64,000 bases of DNA from Gemmatimonadales bacterium (lineage in GTDB: Bacteria > Gemmatimonadota > Gemmatimonadetes > Gemmatimonadales > GWC2-71-9), in contig OZ252244.1 in assembly GCA_965249575.1 (NCBI GenBank), positions 3,552,001-3,616,000 of the forward strand, read 5' to 3'. Positions 1-8,511 of this stretch are shown one piece after another; the first letter of the stretch is position 1, and the number at the start of each line of letters is the position of its first letter. Made by a program: the position numbers and the translations under genes. Under the pieces are notes generated by a model, which saw only the letters and a program-made list of their open reading frames with translations, was not told the DNA's origin and did not search any database.

Positions 1-1
1 C

Positions 2-2290
2 GATCTCGACTCCCCGAGTCCTCAAGACGCCGCCGTTCAGGAACTCGGCGCTGAATCCGAAGGACGGTGGCAGTGTCCGTTGGAGCAGCAGATCGGTGAT
101 TCGCTTCTGGTACCAGGTGGCCTCGAGGTTGGCCCGGCCACCAAAGAGCGTGGCGTCGATGCCGCCCTCGATCTCGAGCTGGCGCTCCGGAACGATGTCC
201 GCCGCGTTCTTGTTGGACGCGATCTGCCCCGAAGGCACGCCGCCCACATTTCCGCCCACCAATTCGGTGAACTTGGCTCCATAGAGCGGCTGATTGCCCG
301 ACTGGCCCACGGCGGCGCGGAACTTCAGTTCATCGATCGTGCCCGGGACAAGCTGCGGGATACGATACGATGCCGATGCCTTTGGATACCAGTACAGTTT
401 TTCGGTATCGCCGTTGTTGCTGCTCTGATCGGCTCGCACGCCCAGCGTCAACAGGAGCTTCTCACCCAGGCCGAGGAACTCCTCCTGGGCGAAAAAGCCG
501 AAGTCCTTGACGTACTCATGGCGGGCATCGACCAGGATCGTGGTCCCGGCCGTGATGCTCTGGATGCCGCCCACCAGATTCGCGGCCACGACACGGTCGA
601 TCTCTAGCTCCCGGGTCTCATACTGAAGGCCGAACTGCGTGGTGAATGATGTAGCGTTCGCCAACGTGTACTTGTAGACGGCGTTGGCGTTGACGTTCAG
701 GTTGAGGTTGTTCGACCGGCCGACGGCCGAGCTCCCGAAGAGACCATCCACCGCCTCGAACTGCAGGTCCGGCGGCGAGAACACCGTGTTGTGCTGATTG
801 AAGAAATCGGTGCCGCCCACCCCGATGAACCTGAGCGAGTGCTGCGGAGTATTGACGATGTCCAATTCCGCGCGGGCGCTGGTGATGATCCGCCAGACTC
901 TCTCTCGGTTCTCGAGGTTGTTGGCGGTGTGGAGCGGGTTGCTGGCCACGAAGGGGTTCACCGGGTACGCGCCGCCCTCACAACTGAGCGAGACCTCCCG
1001 GGAGCCGTCCGGACAGATGGCGCGCAAGTCGTAGAAGCTGGGCGTGTTGGACAGCGCGGCCCAGAGGCTGCTGTTGTTGTTCTCGTTGATCGTGAGGCCT
1101 TTGTCACCGGTGGTGTTGACCACGTTGGTGTTCAGTTGAATGGTCAGGCGCTCGCCGATGTCCTGGTCGAGGTTCAAGCGAACCGAGCGCTTGTCGGCGT
1201 ACGTCTTGGCGATGAGCCCACCCTCGTGCCTCACGAGGCCGGTGGCGAAGTAGCGCGTGGTCTCAGTGCCGCCGCTGATCGATGCTCCGGTCTCGTAGTT
1301 GAGCGGCCGGGCCGAGATGAGGGCTTCTTCGTTGTCGAAGAACTTGCTGGCGCCCCAGCCGTCCGGCGAGCTCGACGCGGCGATCGCCCCGTAGGTGGCG
1401 ACGGCATCTGCCTCACTCTGGAAGCGACGCAGGCCGATGCGGTTGAGCACCGAGATCGTTCCGAACCGCTGGGTGATCGTGAACTGCGGGGCGCCCACTC
1501 GGCCACGCTTGGTCGTGATCAGGATCACGCCGTTCGACGCCTTGGAGCCGTAGATGGCCGAGGCGGCCGCGCCCTTCAGGACCTCGACGTTCTCGATGTC
1601 CGAGGGATTCAAGTCGGAGATCCGGTTCACGGCGTTCTCGCCTTCAACTGCGACGGTGAACCCGCGGGAGGCTTGCGAGATGAAGTTGGAAGAGCGAGGA
1701 AGGGCCACGTCGCTCGCGATTACGCCGTCGATCACGTAGAGCGGCGTGAACGCGCCGTTGATGGAGGTGACGCCCCGGAGCTGGACCAAGGCCCCGCCGC
1801 CGGGCGCGCCGGAGTTCTTGAGAATGTTCGCCCCTAACAGCTTACCCTGCAGCGCCTGGTCCAGGCTGACGGCCGAAACCTCGGAAAGCTGCTGGGCGCT
1901 CACCGTGGCGACGGCGTTGGCGAGGTTCCTCCGCTCGACGCCGGTGGCCTGGCCGGTCACGACGATCGCCTCGAGCTGGAAGAAGTCCCGTCCCAGCGCG
2001 ACCTGCACCGAGTTCTGGCTGGACGCTACCTGAACGTTCTGCCGCTTGAACCCGATGCTCCGCACGGTGAGCGAGACATCCCGCGCGGGGACCGCGAGGG
2101 TGAAGGTGCCATCATCGTTGATCGTGGCGCCGATGGTGGTCCCCTGAACGGAGATCTGGCCGGACGTCACGATCTCGTTGCTCAGCGAGTCCGTGACGCG
2201 CCCGGTAATGATGCGCGTTTGCGCAACTGCCTGTGCCACCCCTGCTGTCAAGACCAGTGTGGCTGCGAAGACAACCGACCTGAACTTCAT
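2..2290 (-). CDS. SusC/RagA family TonB-dependent outer membrane receptor (3' end outside window)
   Basis: Not in the ORF track (no stop in window). Hand translation from ATG 2290 after AGGAGG gives signal peptide MKFRSVVFAATLVLTAGVAQAVAQ, a carboxypeptidase-regulatory-like domain, and the SusC plug signature VEVLKGAAASAIYGSKASNGVILITTKRG. Confidence 0.92.
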   Translation of the reverse strand, partial: MKFRSVVFAATLVLTAGVAQAVAQTRIITGRVTDSLSNEIVTSGQISVQGTTIGATINDDGTFTLAVPARDVSLTVRSIGFKRQNVQVASSQNSVQVALGRDFFQLEAIVVTGQATGVERRNLANAVATVSAQQLSEVSAVSLDQALQGKLLGANILKNSGAPGGGALVQLRGVTSINGAFTPLYVIDGVIASDVALPRSSNFISQASRGFTVAVEGENAVNRISDLNPSDIENVEVLKGAAASAIYGSKASNGVILITTKRGRVGAPQFTITQRFGTISVLNRIGLRRFQSEADAVATYGAIAASSSPDGWGASKFFDNEEALISARPLNYETGASISGGTETTRYFATGLVRHEGGLIAKTYADKRSVRLNLDQDIGERLTIQLNTNVVNTTGDKGLTINENNNSSLWAALSNTPSFYDLRAICPDGSREVSLSCEGGAYPVNPFVASNPLHTANNLENRERVWRIITSARAELDIVNTPQHSLRFIGVGGTDFFNQHNTVFSPPDLQFEAVDGLFGSSAVGRSNNLNLNVNANAVYKYTLANATSFTTQFGLQYETRELEIDRVVAANLVGGIQSITAGTTILVDARHEYVKDFGFFAQEEFLGLGEKLLLTLGVRADQSSNNGDTEKLYWYPKASASYRIPQLVPGTIDELKFRAAVGQSGNQPLYGAKFTELVGGNVGGVPSGQIASNKNAADIVPERQLEIEGGIDATLFGGRANLEATWYQKRITDLLLQRTLPPSFGFSAEFLNGGVLRTRGVEI

Positions 2291-2799
2291 GCATCCTCCT
2301 TCTTGGCGTATCTCATTGGGAACGATGTCGAATCGCACCGGACGAAGCATCCCGTTTGCAGTATCACCTCCTACGTGAGTGGTCGTGAAACCCATGTGAA
2401 GAAACCGTGAACACCTCTTTGGCGTCCTTGAGCCAACTGAAGAGGCAGGGCCGCGTTACTTGGGGTCCTACCGACTACAGCAGCAGATTCGCATCTGGGG
2501 GTAGGTGGTAATCGGGTAGGCTAGGTGGGCGGGCTGTCCGCGGGAGCGGCCGACGTACCACACCACACCCCGCGGAAGTAGGTGGATGTCGACGGGATAA
2601 CTCACTTGTCGGACGCCCGCAACGTCATCGAGACATCTCCACCCTTGCCCGGGCCCTTACAGAAGCCTATGTGTAGATGTGATACCACAAGGACTATAGA
2701 GGCGTTGTCCCGCGACCGTCAAGGGGGGCGGAGGGCGCCCGGCAAACCGATCTCGGGAAGCCGGGCAGACGGATCGGCTTTCATAACGGGGGTGTGGGC

Positions 2800-4371
2800 A
2801 TGGCTTTAGGACTCGAGCGCGAAAAGGGGTGGGTGATTCTCGCTGTGGCGGCGTCGTTGCTGGGCTCGGATATCGCCGCCGCGCAGTTCCCGCCCGGAGA
2901 GCCCGGTTCGCAGGGGAGCGCGAACGTCCAAGTGCTCTCGCACATTCCCCTGGGTCGGATTTTCACCATCGGCGATATCGAGCTGGAGCAGGAGCTGTCC
3001 CGGCCGTACGCCTACGTGCCCCGTCTCCACGGCACCACGTCGAGCGCCGGATTCAACATCATCAGTGTGAGGGATCCCGAGCACGCCGAAATCCTCTACG
3101 AATGGCGGATCGAAGATCCCGAGCTTCATGTGGGCGCGGGATGCCTCGACAACAAGTACTTCAAGCTCCGAGGGCGCTACTACGACGTGCAGGGATGTCA
3201 GTTTTCCCAGTCGGGGCCAAACTCCGATCTGAACGCCGTCGTGTTCGATGTCACGGGACTGCCCGATACCTCCGCGATCCGCGAAGTGGGCCGGATTAGG
3301 GCGCCGGACACGCCCGGCGGGTCGCACAACATCTATCTGTACAAGCACTCCGACGGGCGCGTGCTGCTCTTTGCCACCACGTCGGCGAACCACGTGAACG
3401 TGTATGACATGGAGCGGTTTCTCGACGGCGCGCCGAATTACGGTCTCGTCGGGCGGGTGCCGCTGCCTGATGCGCCGGGCGCTTCGACGACCAGCTATCA
3501 CGACATGTACGTGGGGTACGATCCGGCGACCCGCCAGGACAAGTTCTACGGGGGAGGTGGCGGGGGGTACTTCGTCATCGACGTGACCGATCCATCCAGT
3601 CCGGAGGTGGTCGTCTCCGTGGCCGGCGTGGCCGGAGTCTCGTGGGGCCACACGTTCACTCCGACACCCGATGGGCGCTATGTGGTGGCGGAAGCTGAGT
3701 ATCAGTATGCGCCGCTTCGGATCTTCGATCTCAAGCCCGCCCTCGACGGGGAAACGCGAACCATCTCGCGGCCTATTGGCGCCTGGACGGCCCGCTGGCA
3801 GGGGTGCCCCCATAACACCGAAGTGCGCTGGCCCTACGTGTTCGTCACAGCCTACGAGGACGGGTTTCACGTGTTCAACATGATGGATCCCGCGAACCCC
3901 TATACTGTCGCGTATTACGACACGTACGAGGGACCGAATCAGCGCGGGCGCGCGGTGAGCGGTAACCCGGAGGAAGCTTGGGTCAACCCCGGTTCACCGA
4001 ACGCGTCGGGCTATGCAGGGGGCGGGCCGGCCACCGTGTCTAACGGAGCGTTCGGCGTGGACGTTCGCAATGCCGACGGCCTGATCGTGAGCAGCGACCT
4101 CGCTACCGGTTTCTGGGTCTTTCGGATGGACGGCTTCGACGGGTGGAACGGTAATCAATGGGGCATGCCCAACATCTCTAGTGCCCAGGATTGGGACAAC
4201 GGCCCCGAGGGGGCTCCCGCGGCGCGCGTGAGCCGCCGCTCCCAGGAATGGAATGCCGTCCCGTACGTCAGGGGCGCCAATGGCTTGCTACTGCTGGGAA
4301 GCGTGACCGGCGGTATGATGGTGATGCGCATGGATGGACTGGCTGCTCACGACCATCCGCACGAGCACTGA
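2800..4371 (+). CDS. Secreted LVIVD-like repeat (beta-propeller) protein, paralog 1, with His-rich C-terminal extension
   Basis: Signal peptide ending AAA-Q; repeated hydrophobic-D-x-x-x-P blade motifs (FNIISVRDP, YFVIDVTDP, FHVFNMMDP); motifs HNIY, YHD, GHT, PHN; tail AHDHPHEH. Confidence 0.8.
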   Translation: MALGLEREKGWVILAVAASLLGSDIAAAQFPPGEPGSQGSANVQVLSHIPLGRIFTIGDIELEQELSRPYAYVPRLHGTTSSAGFNIISVRDPEHAEILYEWRIEDPELHVGAGCLDNKYFKLRGRYYDVQGCQFSQSGPNSDLNAVVFDVTGLPDTSAIREVGRIRAPDTPGGSHNIYLYKHSDGRVLLFATTSANHVNVYDMERFLDGAPNYGLVGRVPLPDAPGASTTSYHDMYVGYDPATRQDKFYGGGGGGYFVIDVTDPSSPEVVVSVAGVAGVSWGHTFTPTPDGRYVVAEAEYQYAPLRIFDLKPALDGETRTISRPIGAWTARWQGCPHNTEVRWPYVFVTAYEDGFHVFNMMDPANPYTVAYYDTYEGPNQRGRAVSGNPEEAWVNPGSPNASGYAGGGPATVSNGAFGVDVRNADGLIVSSDLATGFWVFRMDGFDGWNGNQWGMPNISSAQDWDNGPEGAPAARVSRRSQEWNAVPYVRGANGLLLLGSVTGGMMVMRMDGLAAHDHPHEH

Positions 4372-4425
4372 CGATCACGAGTTCGGGGTCCGTCTCTCCC
4401 CCGAACCCCGTCGGGGAGGTTCACA

Positions 4426-4875
4426 ATGCTGCGAATTCAAGCGACCCTCGTGACGGCGGCGGTGGTGGCGGGCATCGCTCTCTTTCCGGGCGCTGCGGCC
4501 GGCCAGTACCGTCTCGGCGAAGCGCCGGACCTACACCGACCGGGGGAGCAGGGGAGCACGAATGTGCAGGTCCTTTCGCATATTCCCACTTGGGCGGATT
4601 TTCACCGTCGGGGATATCGAGCTCGAGCAGGAGGTCGCTCGGCCGTTTGTGTACGTACCCCGGCTCCACGGCACCACCTCCAGTTCCGGGCTCAACATCA
4701 TCAGTCTGATGGGGCGCCGCCCGCGCGGGTCAGCGCCGAGGATTGGAACAACGCGCCCTTCGTGCGTGGGGCGAACGGGATGCTGGTGCTGGGAGACGCA
4801 GTGCATGGGAGGATCGCGATGCGGATGAACGGTGGGATCGTCGACCACGATCACCATCACGACGCGGATCACTAG
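4426..4875 (+). pseudogene. Internally deleted, frameshifted copy (paralog 2) that still forms an open 149-aa ORF
   Basis: N-terminus PGEQGSTNVQVLSHIP matches paralog 1. After a 1-nt insertion near 4586-4590 homology continues in another frame (LGRIFTVGDIELEQEVARPFVYVPRLHGTT). At about 4708 it jumps to the C-terminal DGAPPARVS and a His-rich tail. Confidence 0.8.
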
Positions 4876-4958
4876 GGGACTATGACGCTTGCCGCTCCAT
4901 ACGCTGCCGCACCAACCGTAGCTACACTAGGAAAACTGGCGATTTGCAGGGGGTGATC

Positions 4959-6362
4959 ATGAGCATCTGTGTCGCAGTGCTGGCAGCGGGCTTACTGGGA
5001 GTGTTGGGTGGCGGAGGGGCAATGGCTCAACACCGGCCTGGAAAGCAGGGAAGCTCCAACGTAAAGATCCTTGCGCACGTCCCCCTCGGAGGTATGGGCA
5101 CGGTGGCGGACGTCGAGGTCGAGCAAGATCTTTCGCGGCCGTACGCGTACGTCTCTCGCAGGCTCCAGCCGGCCGGATTTGATGTGATCGATCTCAAACA
5201 GCTGGATGAGGCCAAACTGATTTATTCCTGGCGTATCGAAGATGCCGATCTTCACTTGGGCTCGGGCGCGGTGGACGGCAAGTACTTCAAGCTCCGGGGC
5301 CGGTACTACTACGTGCAGTCGTTTCAGTTCAGGGTGGGCGGCCCCGATGTGGACCTGGGTGCTGTCGTGTTCGACGTCACCGGGCTACCCGATACGTCCA
5401 CCATGAGAGAAGTCGGCCGACTCAGAGCCCCGGATGCACCAGGCGGATTCCACAACATATTCGCCTACAGGCACTCCAACGGGCGTACCCTGCTGTTTGC
5501 GACGCTGGAATGGCCGTGGGGGAACGTCTACGACATGGAACGATACCTGGATGGTGATCCCCTCCAGGGGCTCGTGGGGAAGATCCCCGTCCCCGACTAT
5601 CCGGCAGCGCCTGCCGCTGCCATGACCGAGGATCGCGACGGGCGCTTCGACTGGCACGATTTCTATGTGGCCTACGACCCCGCGACCCGCCAGGACAAGT
5701 TCTACGGGTCAGCTCAACCGGTGGGCTCTTACGTGTTCGACGTCACGCGCCCCGAGCAACCCAAGCTGATCACATCGATCACCGGCGCACCGGGACAAAC
5801 GAGAGATCACACGCTCGTCGCGACGCCGGATGGGCGCTACGTGATCACGGAGTCCCATTTCCAATATCGCCCGCTTCAGTTCTACGACCTGAAGCCAGGT
5901 CTCGATGGCGAGGTCCAAACGATCTCCCGGCCCATTGCCGCCTGGACCGCTGATTGGGAAACCCACGCGCACAACTTCGAGATTCGCTGGCCCTACGTAT
6001 TCGTCGCGGCGTATGAGTACGGCATGCAAGTGATCAACATGATGGACCCCACGAACCCCTACACGGTGGGTTACTACGACACGTTCGACGGCCCCCATGC
6101 CCGGGGCGGGAAGGACCCTGCCGGCATCCGGCCGCCGCACCCCTTCACGCACACGGCGGACGGGGCATTCGGTCTCGACGTGCGCAACGCTGACGGATTG
6201 GTGGTCCTGGGAGATTTCACCACGGGTTTTTGGGCCCTCAAGATGGACGGGTTCGACGGGTGGAACGGGCACGAGTGGGGGGTACCAAACGCCTCGAGCG
6301 CCCAGGACTGGGAAAACGGTCCGGATGGCGCGCCGCCGCCCGCGAGGGTCACGCTTCGGTGA
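4959..6362 (+). CDS. Secreted LVIVD-like repeat protein, paralog 3
   Basis: ATG 4959 after GGGGG; signal peptide; colinear with paralog 1 (KYFKLRGRYY, FDVTGLPD, GGFHNIF, YDPATRQDKFYG, DGFDGWNGHEWG). Confidence 0.82.
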   Translation: MSICVAVLAAGLLGVLGGGGAMAQHRPGKQGSSNVKILAHVPLGGMGTVADVEVEQDLSRPYAYVSRRLQPAGFDVIDLKQLDEAKLIYSWRIEDADLHLGSGAVDGKYFKLRGRYYYVQSFQFRVGGPDVDLGAVVFDVTGLPDTSTMREVGRLRAPDAPGGFHNIFAYRHSNGRTLLFATLEWPWGNVYDMERYLDGDPLQGLVGKIPVPDYPAAPAAAMTEDRDGRFDWHDFYVAYDPATRQDKFYGSAQPVGSYVFDVTRPEQPKLITSITGAPGQTRDHTLVATPDGRYVITESHFQYRPLQFYDLKPGLDGEVQTISRPIAAWTADWETHAHNFEIRWPYVFVAAYEYGMQVINMMDPTNPYTVGYYDTFDGPHARGGKDPAGIRPPHPFTHTADGAFGLDVRNADGLVVLGDFTTGFWALKMDGFDGWNGHEWGVPNASSAQDWENGPDGAPPPARVTLR

Positions 6363-6877
6363 CACCGGTTGAGCCGCGGGCTACGCGGCGTGCTGGAGCG
6401 GCCGTGCACCTCGCCGTCGCCGCCTGTCTGCTCCAGGCTTGCCAGCCCGACGAGCGGGGAACCCTGTCGCCCGAGGTGCGGGTGGAAGTCGAGCGTGCCA
6501 CCCGCCGGCTCGCGGCGGATTTCATTGCCGCCGATGGCGCAAAGGACCCCGATCGAGTGCTGGCTCTCTTCGCAGACAGCGCCAGTGTGGCAATCGTTTC
6601 GAGCGGCCAGCTCCGGTCCTCGCGGTCGGCCTTCCGCGACGCCCTGGAGGCGTTGTACGGCAGCATTCGCAAGCTCGAGATCGTGGAGGACGAGGTCAGG
6701 GTGGCCGCGCTCGGACCCGACGCCGCGATCCTCACCGCCACGTACGCGTACGAGCGGATCGCCTTGGACTCGACCGTTACCCGGGGCCGGGCGGCGATCA
6801 CCTACGGATGCCGGCGGCGGAACGGTGAGTGGGAGATCGTGCACTATCATTTCTCGAGAGCGCCCGGCTCGACCTGA
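6359..6877 (+). CDS. SnoaL-like/DUF4440 (NTF2-fold) lipoprotein
   Basis: GTGA overlap with the upstream stop; lipobox-like LQAC; NTF2-like C-terminus RRNGEWEIVHYHFS. Confidence 0.72.
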   Translation: MTPVEPRATRRAGAAVHLAVAACLLQACQPDERGTLSPEVRVEVERATRRLAADFIAADGAKDPDRVLALFADSASVAIVSSGQLRSSRSAFRDALEALYGSIRKLEIVEDEVRVAALGPDAAILTATYAYERIALDSTVTRGRAAITYGCRRRNGEWEIVHYHFSRAPGST

Positions 6878-6944
6878 GCCGCGGTCGTCGTTTCGTCAAC
6901 GGGCGGCGCTCGCTCGTGGCGTGTCGACTCAATGGGAGGGCATT

Positions 6945-8354
6945 ATGCAAAGCAAGTTCGCGACGGCGTTCACCTCGGCGGCGGCGCTAGTGGGGTTGCT
7001 TGCCAGCGCGGCGAGCTCAAGCGCTCAGCACCCGCCGGGAGAGCAGGGGAGTACCAACGTGCACATCGTCGCGCACCTCCCGTTGGGCGGACCGTTCACC
7101 GTGAGCGATGTCGAGATCGAGCAGGAGCTGTCCAGGCCGTTTGCCTACGTGGCCCGGATGCATGGGTCGAGTCATGTGGCCGGGGTGACCGTTCTCGATC
7201 TCAAGGATCCAGAGCGAGCGTCCTCGCTGTACTCATGGACCATCGAGGAGCCCGAGCTGCATCGTGGCATGGGCGGCATGGACAACAAGTACTTCAAGCT
7301 GAGCGGCCGCTACTATGACGTGCAATCGTTCCAGTGGATGCAGGGCGGCCCGAACGCCGACCTCGGCGCGGTAGTCTTCGACGTCACCGGTCTCCCCGAT
7401 GCGTCGCAAGTGCGGGAGGTCGGCCGGATTCGTGAGCGCACCACTGGGGAAGGGTTCATGGGGATCGGCGGGTTCCACAACATCTTTGCCTACAAGCATT
7501 CGGACGGCCGTGTGTTGCTGTTCACGACCGTATGGGCCAAGCCGCACGCGAATATCTACGACATGGAGCAGTTGCTGTCCGGCGGCGATAACTACGGACT
7601 CGTGGGGCGCGTGCCGATCCCCGAAAACCCGGGTGTCCAGGTCGGAATCGGCTACCACGACATCTACGTAGGATACGAGCCGGCGACCCGCCAGGATCGG
7701 TACTATGGTGGCGGGGCCGGCGGGTATTACATCTTCGACGTAACCCGCACTGACGCCCCCAAGCTCCTGACCTCCATCACCGGGGTCGCCGGCGTCAGGA
7801 GTGGACACACGTTCACACCGACGCCCGATGGTCGGTATGTCGTAGCGGAGACTGAGTACCAGTATGCTCCGCTCAGAATCTTCGATCTCAAGCCCGGCCT
7901 CGACGGGGAAGTCCAGAACATCTCGAGACCCATCGGCGCGTGGACCGCCCGGTGGCAGGGCCTACCGCACAATCACGAGGTGCGTTGGCCGTACGTGTTC
8001 GTCTCTGCTTACGAGGATGGGCTCCACATTTTCAACATGATGGATCCGACGAATCCGTACACGGTGGCGTATTACGACAGCTACGACGGGCCGCACCAGC
8101 GCGGCTGGGGAGGCGTCGACTCCCCGGAGACGGGGACGGGCGTTACGAGCGGTGCGTTTGGGGTGGACGTTCGGAACGCGGACGGGCTCATCGTACTGAG
8201 CGATTTCCACACCGGTTTCTGGGCGTTCAAGATGGATGGCTTCGACGGCTGGAACGGCCACCAGTGGGGGATGCCCAACGTATCCTCAGCCCAGGATTGG
8301 GATAACGGACCCGAGGGAGCGCCGGCCCCTGCACGGGTAAGCGCGCGCGAGTGA
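6945..8354 (+). CDS. Secreted LVIVD-like repeat protein, paralog 4
   Basis: ATG 6945 after GGAGGG; signal peptide ending SSA-Q; same conserved blocks as paralogs 1, 3 and 5. Confidence 0.85.
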   Translation: MQSKFATAFTSAAALVGLLASAASSSAQHPPGEQGSTNVHIVAHLPLGGPFTVSDVEIEQELSRPFAYVARMHGSSHVAGVTVLDLKDPERASSLYSWTIEEPELHRGMGGMDNKYFKLSGRYYDVQSFQWMQGGPNADLGAVVFDVTGLPDASQVREVGRIRERTTGEGFMGIGGFHNIFAYKHSDGRVLLFTTVWAKPHANIYDMEQLLSGGDNYGLVGRVPIPENPGVQVGIGYHDIYVGYEPATRQDRYYGGGAGGYYIFDVTRTDAPKLLTSITGVAGVRSGHTFTPTPDGRYVVAETEYQYAPLRIFDLKPGLDGEVQNISRPIGAWTARWQGLPHNHEVRWPYVFVSAYEDGLHIFNMMDPTNPYTVAYYDSYDGPHQRGWGGVDSPETGTGVTSGAFGVDVRNADGLIVLSDFHTGFWAFKMDGFDGWNGHQWGMPNVSSAQDWDNGPEGAPAPARVSARE

Positions 8355-8378
8355 GGAGGGCCCTCCGACCCAACTAGC

Positions 8379-8498
8379 AGTGAGCAGGCCGACCGGCCCG
8401 CCCGTGACGTTGGACGGTGGGGGTGGGTCTGCTCACTCCTTACTCGGTGGGGAAGGGAGTGGAGAGACTCCTCACTGGGTGGGGTGGTTTTGAGGAGT
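8379..8498. terminator. Multi-hairpin region between convergent genes
   Basis: Imperfect inverted repeat 8379-8394/8422-8437 (AGTGAGCAG...CTGCTCACT) and ACTCCTCA/TGAGGAGT at 8467-8474/8491-8498. Confidence 0.45.
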
Positions 8499-8511
8499 GG
8501 GGGCGCCGCGC

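Noticed and set aside
80..1837. Plus-strand ORFs 80-607 and 791-1837
   Set aside because: Antisense shadows of the susC gene, typical of high-GC DNA.
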